DNA of 64,000 nucleotides from Victivallaceae bacterium (GTDB lineage Bacteria; Verrucomicrobiota; Lentisphaeria; Victivallales; Victivallaceae): NCBI GenBank assembly GCA_024405675.1, contig JAKSOH010000001.1, positions 22,748 to 86,747 of the forward strand, read 5' to 3'. Shown piece by piece: positions 56,826 to 64,000 of this stretch (position 1 is its first letter; each line of letters starts with the position of its first letter). The notes under the pieces were generated by a model. It saw only the letters and a program-made list of their open reading frames with translations, ran no database searches and was not told where the DNA came from. The position numbers and the translations under genes were made by a program.

Positions 56826-57421
56826 AGTATCTCGGCATTCTGTCCGCGCTTTGCGTCATGTTGGCCGGCGGCTGTGGAACGGCCGCGCACAACATTGACC
56901 CGAGCGGTCCCGAGGCTCTGGTTACCGTTTCGTCGGTCGATCCAGCAGAGTGGAGCATGGTTGCCTCCGAGGCCATGAAGTCGCTGGTCGAGTCCGGCGC
57001 CCTCAAGCGCGAGGACGGCAGGAAGTCGATTGTGATGATAAGTCGTGTCAGGAACTATACGTTGCTGCATCTCGACATGGCGATTCTTACCGGAAAGCTT
57101 AGACAGGGCATACAGATGTCGGGACAGGCCACAGTCACTTCCGCCATCGGATACGGCGCCAATCTGGACGAGTCCATCCGAGCGGTGCGAGATCTCGAGA
57201 ACGATGATCTCTTCAATCAGGCGACCGTGCAGAAACGTGGTACCGTCATCGCCCCCGATCTTAGTCTGGCCGGCATGGTGCTCCAGCAACAGTCTGTGTC
57301 CGGACGCAAGGAGGAAAGCTATTACATGTTCCATCTTACCCTTACCGATCTTGCCACCGGCATAGCGATATGGGAGAAGAACGTTGATTTTGCGAAACAG
57401 GCCGAAAGACCGATATTGTAG
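56822..57421 (+). CDS. LpoB-like (COG3417/PF13036) lipoprotein, copy 1
   Basis: The ATG overlaps the previous stop (ATGA). Lipobox MLAGGC. Collinear with the E. coli LpoB globular domain from memory: W..V...M.SLVESGAL...KSIVMISRVRNYT...LTGKLRQGI...APDLSLAGMV...HLTLTDLATGIAIWE. Confidence 0.7.
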   Translation: MKYLGILSALCVMLAGGCGTAAHNIDPSGPEALVTVSSVDPAEWSMVASEAMKSLVESGALKREDGRKSIVMISRVRNYTLLHLDMAILTGKLRQGIQMSGQATVTSAIGYGANLDESIRAVRDLENDDLFNQATVQKRGTVIAPDLSLAGMVLQQQSVSGRKEESYYMFHLTLTDLATGIAIWEKNVDFAKQAERPIL

Positions 57422-57448
57422 TCACGAACAAGAGAGGAGAAACACTGT

Positions 57449-57919
57449 ATGAGAAAGTCGATTATCGCAGTCGCAATCGCGGCGATTGGCATGTTGTTCG
57501 CAGGATGCCAGAACACCGTGAACACGATGGAGAACGAGGAAAAGGCGATGCGCCCGGCTATCGTCGACACGAAGCATTTTGTCAGCGATTCGTTTTGCAA
57601 CAATCGTCTGAAGCTCCTGTCGTTCCGCAAGTCGATTTCCCAGGGCGGAGTCATGGTCGTCCAGGCGGAACTGCGCAGCGAACGCTACGGATTCTTCCCC
57701 GAAATCTGGAGCTGGTGGCGTAATGACAATCCGTATCATGTCCTGTACCGTTTCGAGTGGCTGGACAGCAACGGAATGAACGTCGCGACCGCCGGGTCCG
57801 ACTGGGTGCCGGTCATCTTCATCCCGGGCGAAACCAAGTTTCTACGCGGTGTCGCTCCCAATAGCAGATGCAACGATTTCGTGCTTAGCGTAGTCGAAGA
57901 CGGACGTAATCGCAATTGA
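57449..57919 (+). CDS. YcfL-like (DUF1425) lipoprotein
   Basis: GAGGAG RBS. Lipobox LFAGC. LYRFEWLDSNGMNV matches E. coli YcfL HYRFYWYDARGLEM. The C-terminal strand pattern is also similar. Confidence 0.6.
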   Translation: MRKSIIAVAIAAIGMLFAGCQNTVNTMENEEKAMRPAIVDTKHFVSDSFCNNRLKLLSFRKSISQGGVMVVQAELRSERYGFFPEIWSWWRNDNPYHVLYRFEWLDSNGMNVATAGSDWVPVIFIPGETKFLRGVAPNSRCNDFVLSVVEDGRNRN

Positions 57920-57945
57920 TAATGTTTAATAGGAAAGGAAGAAAA

Positions 57946-58548
57946 ATGAAGTACATGTCTATTTTTTGCAGTGCATGCCTCGCCATGCTGGTTGCCGGAT
58001 GCGGAAGCGCCGCTAAGCGCATCGATACCGGAACGCAGGGAATCACCACCGTCGGAGCCGTCGACGCCCGCGATTGGCAGGAGGTTTCGGTGAAGGCTGT
58101 CAACTCCTTGCTGGAGTCCGGCGTTCTGGTTCGCGCCGATGGTCGCAAGTCCATTGTCATGGTCAACCAGGTCAAGAACAATACCGGAACCAATGCGCCA
58201 ACGCAGATCCTGACTAACAAGATGCGTCAGGCCCTTCTTTCGTCCGGCAAGGCTTTGACCTCTACCGCCGTCGGTGGAGCCGGACCGGAGGATGCCGCGA
58301 CCAGACAAGTGCGCGAGCTTGAGAACGACGATCTCTTCAATCAGGCCACTGTGCAGAAGCGCGGCACGGTTATTTCACCGGACTTCAGTCTTTCTGGAGA
58401 AATCGTCAAACAGCAGTCTAACTCCGGGCGCACGATCGAGGCGGCATTCTATTTCCACGTGGTACTTACCGATCTGAGCACCGGTCTCGCCGTGTGGGAA
58501 GACACGTTCGACGTCGCCAAGCAGGCTACCTCCGGTTTCTTCTATTGA
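57946..58548 (+). CDS. LpoB-like (COG3417/PF13036) lipoprotein, copy 2
   Basis: AAGGAAG RBS. Lipobox LVAGC. Paralogue of 56822-57421, sharing the near-identical block LENDDLFNQATVQKRGTVI. Confidence 0.7.
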   Translation: MKYMSIFCSACLAMLVAGCGSAAKRIDTGTQGITTVGAVDARDWQEVSVKAVNSLLESGVLVRADGRKSIVMVNQVKNNTGTNAPTQILTNKMRQALLSSGKALTSTAVGGAGPEDAATRQVRELENDDLFNQATVQKRGTVISPDFSLSGEIVKQQSNSGRTIEAAFYFHVVLTDLSTGLAVWEDTFDVAKQATSGFFY

Positions 58549-58683
58549 TAATCGGCGGGGGCGATATCGCCGGCTCAACCTTTTGGTCGTGAGCGCATGC
58601 GATATCCCCTCCGGTCCGGATATTGCAATCGCGGTTCGCCGTCCACGGCGAATGCGAGGCGCGGTTTCGGACATCGGTTTTTA

Positions 58684-58709
58684 AGAGCGGCCTTGTGCCG
58701 CTTTTTTTG
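58684..58709 (+). terminator. Rho-independent terminator closing the lipoprotein cluster
   Basis: AGCGGC (58686-91) pairs with GCCGCT (58697-702), 5-nt loop, followed by T7 (58702-58708). Confidence 0.7.
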
Positions 58710-58883
58710 TCGGTACCGGATAACATAAAGAAACCTGATAGTGACGGCAAAACTACATATGTCGCCATCTATTAATTTGATAAATGTCCAAAAAAGATAA
58801 CTTTTGTCGGGTTTTGCATATTGTCTGCGCGCAAATTCTGTAATAAGTTAGTTGCAGACAGGAAAAATGGAGGGGATGTCAAG

Positions 58884-60251
58884 ATGACCAAATCGCTGAC
58901 TGTTGTTGCCGCGTTTTCTCTTTGTCTCGGTTTTTTCGCCGCTGATTTCCAGCTTGGATGCGCAGAGAAGGAACTTGAGGTTCCGCTTTTCGCGGAACTT
59001 TCCGGATACGGCGCGTATTGCGAACGGCGCAATCTCGGTGTGATCGAGCCCCTCTACTGCCGCGCCGTTTCCTTCAATGTCAAGGGCAAACGGGCGATGA
59101 TCGTCTACACCGATGCTCTCGAGACCGCCCTCGACTACGCCAGGGAGATGCGCAAGGCCATCGCCGAGAAGTTCGCCGTCAGTCCCGACGGCATCGCCTT
59201 CGTCGCCACACACACACATTCCGGGCCGGCTCTTCATGCCGACGTCAACGGCCTTTCGTTCGGGATACCGCATCCTGCGTACCAGAAGACCTGGCGCAAG
59301 GCCGTCATGGAAGTGGCGGAAAAGGCGATAGCCAACGAGGAGGACATCGCCGATGTGATCGTGGGAAGATCCGTCCCCTCCGAGAAGATAAGCCGCAACC
59401 GCGTTGAAAGGGAAAAGAACATCACCGATCCCGCGATTCGGTGGGCGAGATTCCGCCGTCCGGACGGCACCACGAAGCTCTTCATCCACAACTTCGGAAT
59501 GCACCCCGTCACGACGAACGGCAAGGTGAACATCAAGTACGCGTCGAGCGACTGGCCCGGATGCACCAACCGGCTTATACGCGAGCGCGGCCTGGCCGAC
59601 ATGGCCGTGCTGTTCCTCGGTCCGGCCGGCGACCAGATGCCCAAGAAGACGAGCATCGACCAGAACAGCGAGGAAGGCACGATGATCGAGTCGGTCGACT
59701 ATATGAACGCCCTGATGGCCGGACTTGGCAACGGAAAGAAGATTTCCGTGGACAATCTCTCGTTCACGCTTAAGACCGTCAGGATGCCGGTACGCGTCCA
59801 GACGGCCGACGAGCTTCGCGCCGATGCGAAGACATTGCGCGACGAGGATGCGCGGCGCGGCGAGAGCTATTGGAAGGACAAGGCCACCCGTCTGGAAGAG
59901 ATGGCGATGCTGGTGGAAAAGGGAAGGGATCTTGGAACGAGTCTCGATTTCCAGGTCATCCGGCTGGGCGGAATACATTTCTTCATGGTTCCGGGAGAAC
60001 CCTATGTCGAGCCCGGAATCAGGTTGCTCGAGCAGGCGAAATGCGAATTCCCGTTCCTCGTGACCATGGCCAACGGCGCTGGAAGCTATTTCTTTACTAA
60101 ATCGAGCGGCGAGCGCTACCCCGACATGAAGTCGCGCGACAACAAGGTGTTCGGGTTCTACGAGATAAACCTGTACATGCTGGCGCATCGTTTCCGCTAC
60201 GAAAACAACGTAGCCGATTTCGTCATGGACACCCTTTTGCAAATGGAGTAG
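58884..60251 (+). CDS. neutral/alkaline ceramidase-like amidohydrolase family protein, exported or anchored
   Basis: ATG 58884 (GGAGGGG upstream). N-terminal hydrophobic signal. Ceramidase N-domain pattern: VPLFAELSGYG...LYCRAVSF...IVYTDAL...FVATHTHSGP. Confidence 0.6.
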   Translation: MTKSLTVVAAFSLCLGFFAADFQLGCAEKELEVPLFAELSGYGAYCERRNLGVIEPLYCRAVSFNVKGKRAMIVYTDALETALDYAREMRKAIAEKFAVSPDGIAFVATHTHSGPALHADVNGLSFGIPHPAYQKTWRKAVMEVAEKAIANEEDIADVIVGRSVPSEKISRNRVEREKNITDPAIRWARFRRPDGTTKLFIHNFGMHPVTTNGKVNIKYASSDWPGCTNRLIRERGLADMAVLFLGPAGDQMPKKTSIDQNSEEGTMIESVDYMNALMAGLGNGKKISVDNLSFTLKTVRMPVRVQTADELRADAKTLRDEDARRGESYWKDKATRLEEMAMLVEKGRDLGTSLDFQVIRLGGIHFFMVPGEPYVEPGIRLLEQAKCEFPFLVTMANGAGSYFFTKSSGERYPDMKSRDNKVFGFYEINLYMLAHRFRYENNVADFVMDTLLQME

Positions 60252-60255
60252 TCAT

Positions 60256-61590
60256 ATGAAACTTGGATGTTCTGAAACCCGGCTGGACGTCCCGCTCTTC
60301 GCGGAACTCTGTGGCTACGGTCACTACGCGGACCGCCGCAACATCGGCACACTGAACGATTTGTTTTGCCGCGCGTTTTCCTTCCACGATGGTAGGCGTC
60401 GGGCCATAGTGGTCTATACAGACGCGCTCGAGTCCGATCCCGTCGAAACGAGAAATTTCCGGGCGAAATTCGCCGAAATGTACGATGCCGATCCATCGTG
60501 CATCGCCTTTGTGGCGACCCATACCCATTCCGCCCCGGTTCCGGGATATCACTGCCTTGCGGAATGCTTCGGATATCCCTGCCCCGAATACATCGACAAC
60601 TGGCGCAAGGCCGTCGAAAAGGTCGTCGCCGATGCTGTGGCGGACGAGGAGGAGCTTTCCGGTGCCGTCCGCGGGAAGGTTGTCCCGAATCCTTCGATTG
60701 GCGTCAACCGGGTGGAACCCGAGACCGGCATAACCGATCCCGCCATCCGCTGGATCGCATTCAGGAACACGTCGGGCCGTGTCAAGGTTCTGCTGCACAA
60801 CCACGGGGTTCACGGCATCGCCGATAACGGCGAGAGGGTGAAATACGTGTCGTCCGACTGGATGGGCGTCGCCAACCGCCTCATCGTCGAACGCGGTCTA
60901 GCCGACATGCCGCTTTTTCTGCAGGGGCCGGCCGGCAACATAAATACCAGGATTTCCTGCTCCGGACTCCATAATGGGCTTGACGGAGATGCCGCCGGAA
61001 TGCTCGGTGCCGAATACGTGGACTGCCTCGAACAGGGGCTGGCCCAGGGGCGCGAGGTCGCGTTGGACGGTATTTCCGGCGCATTCGAGACGATGGAGTT
61101 TCCGGGGGTGGCCCGTTCAGCCGACGAACTTCGGGAGGACGCCGTCAAGCTGCGCGCCGTCGGAGTCAACGACCGCGAGCGCGACTACTGGAGCGTGAAC
61201 GCGCGACGTCTCGACGAAATGGCGTTGTTGCTTGAAAAAGGCGAACGGCTGCTCAAGTCGCACGATCTCCAGGTCGTGAGAATCGGCGACGTCTCAATGT
61301 TCTTCTTCCCCGGCGAATTGTTCGTGGAACCGGGTGTCCGGCTGCTTGAGAGTTCGCGGTCTCCGTTCCCCGTGCTGTCGACTCTTTCGAATGGCGTGGC
61401 CGGCTACTTTTTTAACGAGGAATGCGGCCGGCAGAATCCGGACGTCGTCAAGAAAGGGCGGAAGTTATTTGGATTCTACGAGGTAAACGGCTATATGTTC
61501 GAACACCGGTTCCGGTATCCGGACGACATAGCCGAGTTTGTCATAGGGAGACTTTTGAAATTGGAGGAGAAGACATCATGTCAGAATTAG
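60256..61590 (+). CDS. neutral/alkaline ceramidase-like amidohydrolase family protein, cytoplasmic paralogue
   Basis: Tandem paralogue of 58884-60251 with the same motifs (VPLFAELCGYG, FCRAFSF, FVATHTHSAP, FFFPGELFVEPG) but no signal peptide. Confidence 0.6.
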   Translation: MKLGCSETRLDVPLFAELCGYGHYADRRNIGTLNDLFCRAFSFHDGRRRAIVVYTDALESDPVETRNFRAKFAEMYDADPSCIAFVATHTHSAPVPGYHCLAECFGYPCPEYIDNWRKAVEKVVADAVADEEELSGAVRGKVVPNPSIGVNRVEPETGITDPAIRWIAFRNTSGRVKVLLHNHGVHGIADNGERVKYVSSDWMGVANRLIVERGLADMPLFLQGPAGNINTRISCSGLHNGLDGDAAGMLGAEYVDCLEQGLAQGREVALDGISGAFETMEFPGVARSADELREDAVKLRAVGVNDRERDYWSVNARRLDEMALLLEKGERLLKSHDLQVVRIGDVSMFFFPGELFVEPGVRLLESSRSPFPVLSTLSNGVAGYFFNEECGRQNPDVVKKGRKLFGFYEVNGYMFEHRFRYPDDIAEFVIGRLLKLEEKTSCQN

Positions 61591-62783
61591 CAATCAATGG
61601 CGGAAAGCCGGTGTTCGATGGCAAGCCGGCGATGGATTATGCGCCGACCTGGCCCATTCCGTTTCCGGAAATAGAAAAAGACCTCATTTCCATCTACCGA
61701 TCCGGAAAGTGGTCCGGCACCAAGACCTATGAGCAGAAGCTCATGGTTGATTTCGCCGCGCTCCAGGGTGTCAAGTATTCCGCCTGGATGGCAAACGGGA
61801 CCGTGACGCTGGAGACCGCGCTTATCGCGCTTGGAATCGGCCCTGGCGACGAAGTCATCGTCCCTGCCGTCTCTTGGCTGGCCACCGCCGAGGCACCGAT
61901 TTATGTCGGCGCTACCCCTGTCGTCGTCGATATCGACAGGGAGACGTTCTGTATCGATCCTGACCGCATCGAGGAAGCGATAACTCCGCGCACGAAGGCC
62001 ATCATCCCCGTCCACCTGTTCTCGGCGGTCGCCGACATGGATCGGATCAATGCCATCGCGAAGAAACACAACCTCTTTGTCATCGAGGACTGCGCACATG
62101 CCCATGGTGCCAGACAGCACGGCGTCGGGGTCGGCGGGCTCGGTGACATCGGCAGCTTCTCGTTCCAGCTTTCCAAGCTTATGACCGCCGGCGAAGGCGG
62201 TTGCTGCACCACCAATGACGAACGCCTCTTCGATCGCGTGTTCCGCGTCAGCCACATCGGCAACTCCAGGATTTCCAAGGAAGCCCCGGAGATGGGGATG
62301 ATCTGCCATCAGTACCGCATGACCGAGTTCCAGGCGGCCATAATCGACGGACAGATCGCCCATGTCAAGGAACTCGCCGACTGGAGCCGCCGTTCGGTGG
62401 CGAGACTGATGTCGCTGATTAAGGACACCCCCGGAATCGTCCAGCAGAAGAGCGCTTGCCCCGATGACGAGAGGGCCTACTATTTCTTCGCGATGCGGTT
62501 GCTTCTCGATCATCTCAAGCCAGGCGTCACCCGCGCACAGATACTCAAGGCGTTCCAGGCCGAGGGAGTTCTGCTTCACGAGGGATGGGGTCACCCGATT
62601 GTCGACATGGCGCAATGGAATGTCCCGGAAAAGCTCTACGTCAAACGCGACACTCCGGTGTCCAACGAAATAATGTATGATGCTGGAGTATATGCGCTCA
62701 ACAACTTGATGCTGGTCGACGAGCCGGTAATCGACAGGATCGCAGAGGCTATCGACAAGGTCATGCGTTACTACGCGGAATAG
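61578..62783 (+). CDS. DegT/DnrJ/EryC1/StrS-family PLP-dependent aminotransferase
   Basis: ATG 61578 (GGAGGAG upstream), overlapping the previous gene by 13 nt. DegT motifs: GDEVIVPAVSW.AT, IIPVHLF, EDCAHAHGA, SFQLSKLMTAGEGG (PLP Lys). Confidence 0.9.
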   Translation: MSELAINGGKPVFDGKPAMDYAPTWPIPFPEIEKDLISIYRSGKWSGTKTYEQKLMVDFAALQGVKYSAWMANGTVTLETALIALGIGPGDEVIVPAVSWLATAEAPIYVGATPVVVDIDRETFCIDPDRIEEAITPRTKAIIPVHLFSAVADMDRINAIAKKHNLFVIEDCAHAHGARQHGVGVGGLGDIGSFSFQLSKLMTAGEGGCCTTNDERLFDRVFRVSHIGNSRISKEAPEMGMICHQYRMTEFQAAIIDGQIAHVKELADWSRRSVARLMSLIKDTPGIVQQKSACPDDERAYYFFAMRLLLDHLKPGVTRAQILKAFQAEGVLLHEGWGHPIVDMAQWNVPEKLYVKRDTPVSNEIMYDAGVYALNNLMLVDEPVIDRIAEAIDKVMRYYAE

Positions 62784-62792
62784 GGGGGGCGA

Positions 62793-63557
62793 ATGGTAAG
62801 GTTCGGCGTCGCCGACTACGGCATGAATGTCTGGGAGGGCGGATGCTTCTCTCTGGAGGACCGTCTCCGTCGCCTGAAGGCAATCGGCTATGACGGCATT
62901 GAGTGGCTGAAGGGCATCGATTTCCACGACGCCTTTGAGAACGCCGTCGTGTTCCATCGTCTCGGAATGGACTTCTCAAGCTGCAATCTGGACAAGCCCG
63001 AAGAGACGTTCAAGTGCGCGTGCGCCTTCGGCAAATCCTACGTCTGGATGCCGTCGAAGGGCCGTGACATTGAAATGAAGGACTACATCCGGCACTGCCG
63101 CAACTTCACGGCGGCGGCGGCATCCTACAATCTCAAGGCGGCTTTGCACAACCACATGGGGTGTCGCATCGAGTCTCCAGAGGAACTCGACATGTTCATG
63201 AATGAAATTCCGGAGGCCTCGCTGTTGCTCGACGTCGGCCACCTTGCGGCGGTTGGCGGAGACTGCGTGGCCGTGACTGAGCGCTATTTCGACCGTTTGA
63301 GCGCGATTCATCTGAAGGGAGTGGAAGTAACCGACGCATCCGCTCCGATGGATACTTGGTGGAAGCGCTTCCGCCTGTGCGGAATCGCCGAGGATGCGCT
63401 CGGCATCGACTTCGCGGGCATCATCGAGGTGCTCGCCAGGCGCGGATACGACGGCTGGATACTTGTCGAGCATGACACGCATTTACGCGACCCGTACGTG
63501 GACTTGAAGAACAACATCGATGTTGCCAGGAAGTACTGGCAGGAATTCAACAAATAG
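62793..63557 (+). CDS. xylose-isomerase-like TIM-barrel (sugar phosphate isomerase/epimerase, AP_endonuc_2) protein
   Basis: 254 aa. Typical motifs LDVGHL, IHLKG and EHD for the metal-binding TIM barrel. Confidence 0.8.
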   Translation: MVRFGVADYGMNVWEGGCFSLEDRLRRLKAIGYDGIEWLKGIDFHDAFENAVVFHRLGMDFSSCNLDKPEETFKCACAFGKSYVWMPSKGRDIEMKDYIRHCRNFTAAAASYNLKAALHNHMGCRIESPEELDMFMNEIPEASLLLDVGHLAAVGGDCVAVTERYFDRLSAIHLKGVEVTDASAPMDTWWKRFRLCGIAEDALGIDFAGIIEVLARRGYDGWILVEHDTHLRDPYVDLKNNIDVARKYWQEFNK

Positions 63558-63571
63558 AGGAGGAAAAGAAG

Positions 63572-64000
63572 ATGGCAGGAGTGTTTCGTTTTTCGTTTGG
63601 TCCGTGGAACATCCATGAGGGAGCTGATCCGTTCGGTCCCGAAGTCCGCAGGACGATCCCGTTCAACCAGAAGCTCGAAGCTTACAAGAAGCTGGGATTC
63701 GACGGAGTCCAGTTTCACGACGACGACGCCGTTCCGCAGATGGCGAAGCTGACTGCGCCGGAAATCATCAAGGAAGCCGAAAAGCTCAAGAAGACCCTGG
63801 ACGACCACGGCCTCACCGCCGAGTTCGTCGCACCTCGCATGTGGTTCGATCCCCATACGATTGACGGCGGCTACACCAACAACTGTCCGGAGTGCCGCAA
63901 GTATGCGCTCGATCGCACCAAGCGCACCATCGACATCGCCAAGGCCCTCGGCACCAAGAATATCGTGTTGTGGCTTGCTCGCGAGGGAACCTATATCCGC
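63572..64000 (+). CDS. class-I-like xylose isomerase family protein (5' partial, runs off window end)
   Basis: Not in the ORF track because no stop falls in the window. Hand translation from ATG 63572 (GAGGAGGA upstream) gives MAGVFRFSFGPWNIHEGADPFGPEVR...GFDGVQFHDDD...VAPRMWFDPHTIDGGYTNN...VLWLAREG. This is collinear with actinobacterial-type XylA. Confidence 0.7.
   Translation, partial: MAGVFRFSFGPWNIHEGADPFGPEVRRTIPFNQKLEAYKKLGFDGVQFHDDDAVPQMAKLTAPEIIKEAEKLKKTLDDHGLTAEFVAPRMWFDPHTIDGGYTNNCPECRKYALDRTKRTIDIAKALGTKNIVLWLAREGTYIR

Noticed and set aside
1-64000. CRISPR arrays, transposases/IS elements, prophage genes, toxin-antitoxin or known defence-system genes
   Set aside because: I saw no regularly spaced direct repeats and no cas, integrase, transposase, restriction or abortive-infection signatures in any frame of the ORF track.

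Overview
This is a gene-dense chromosomal window with about 60 CDS, one tRNA and short intergenic gaps. The genome looks moderately GC-rich by eye (not computed). I saw no CRISPR array, transposase, integrase or phage genes. A DUF1559/H-X9-DG pseudopilin, three GT-C (ArnT/PMT-like) membrane glycosyltransferases, many exported glycoside hydrolases and a GTP-type PEPCK suggest (inference) a PVC-superphylum organism, Lentisphaerota/Kiritimatiellota/Verrucomicrobiota-like.

Recognisable core genes:
- Replication and repair: dnaN-recF, recQ, hrpB.
- Translation and protein quality: rpsO, glnS, clpB, tRNA-Arg(TCT), a TrmH methyltransferase.
- Metabolism and cofactors: pckG, coaD, ribF, cdsA, a GmhA-like SIS protein, an Lrp-aminotransferase pair.
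- One-carbon and B12 block: metF, a split metH, then a btuFCD-like transporter.

Accessory content:
- Two carbohydrate loci (3.2-9.4 kb and 58.9-64 kb).
- An envelope glycan block at 28.6-35.5 kb (MATE, GH20, GT-C/esterase fusion, GT-C paralogue).

Most interesting observations:
1. A cobalamin riboswitch sits directly after metH. The first gene it controls is an H-X9-DG pseudopilin-like protein, translationally linked to btuF-btuC-btuD.
2. A tightly packed seven-gene cluster of exported proteins and lipoproteins lies at 52.4-58.5 kb. It holds two CsgG-like proteins, a large TPR-like lipoprotein, two LpoB-like proteins and a YcfL-like protein, and I cannot assign it to any characterised system.
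3. An AT-rich 277-bp gap with TTATCAACA-type boxes lies upstream of a dnaA-less dnaN-recF and is a candidate oriC.

All family calls come from motif recognition by eye. None has been verified by HMM or BLAST.
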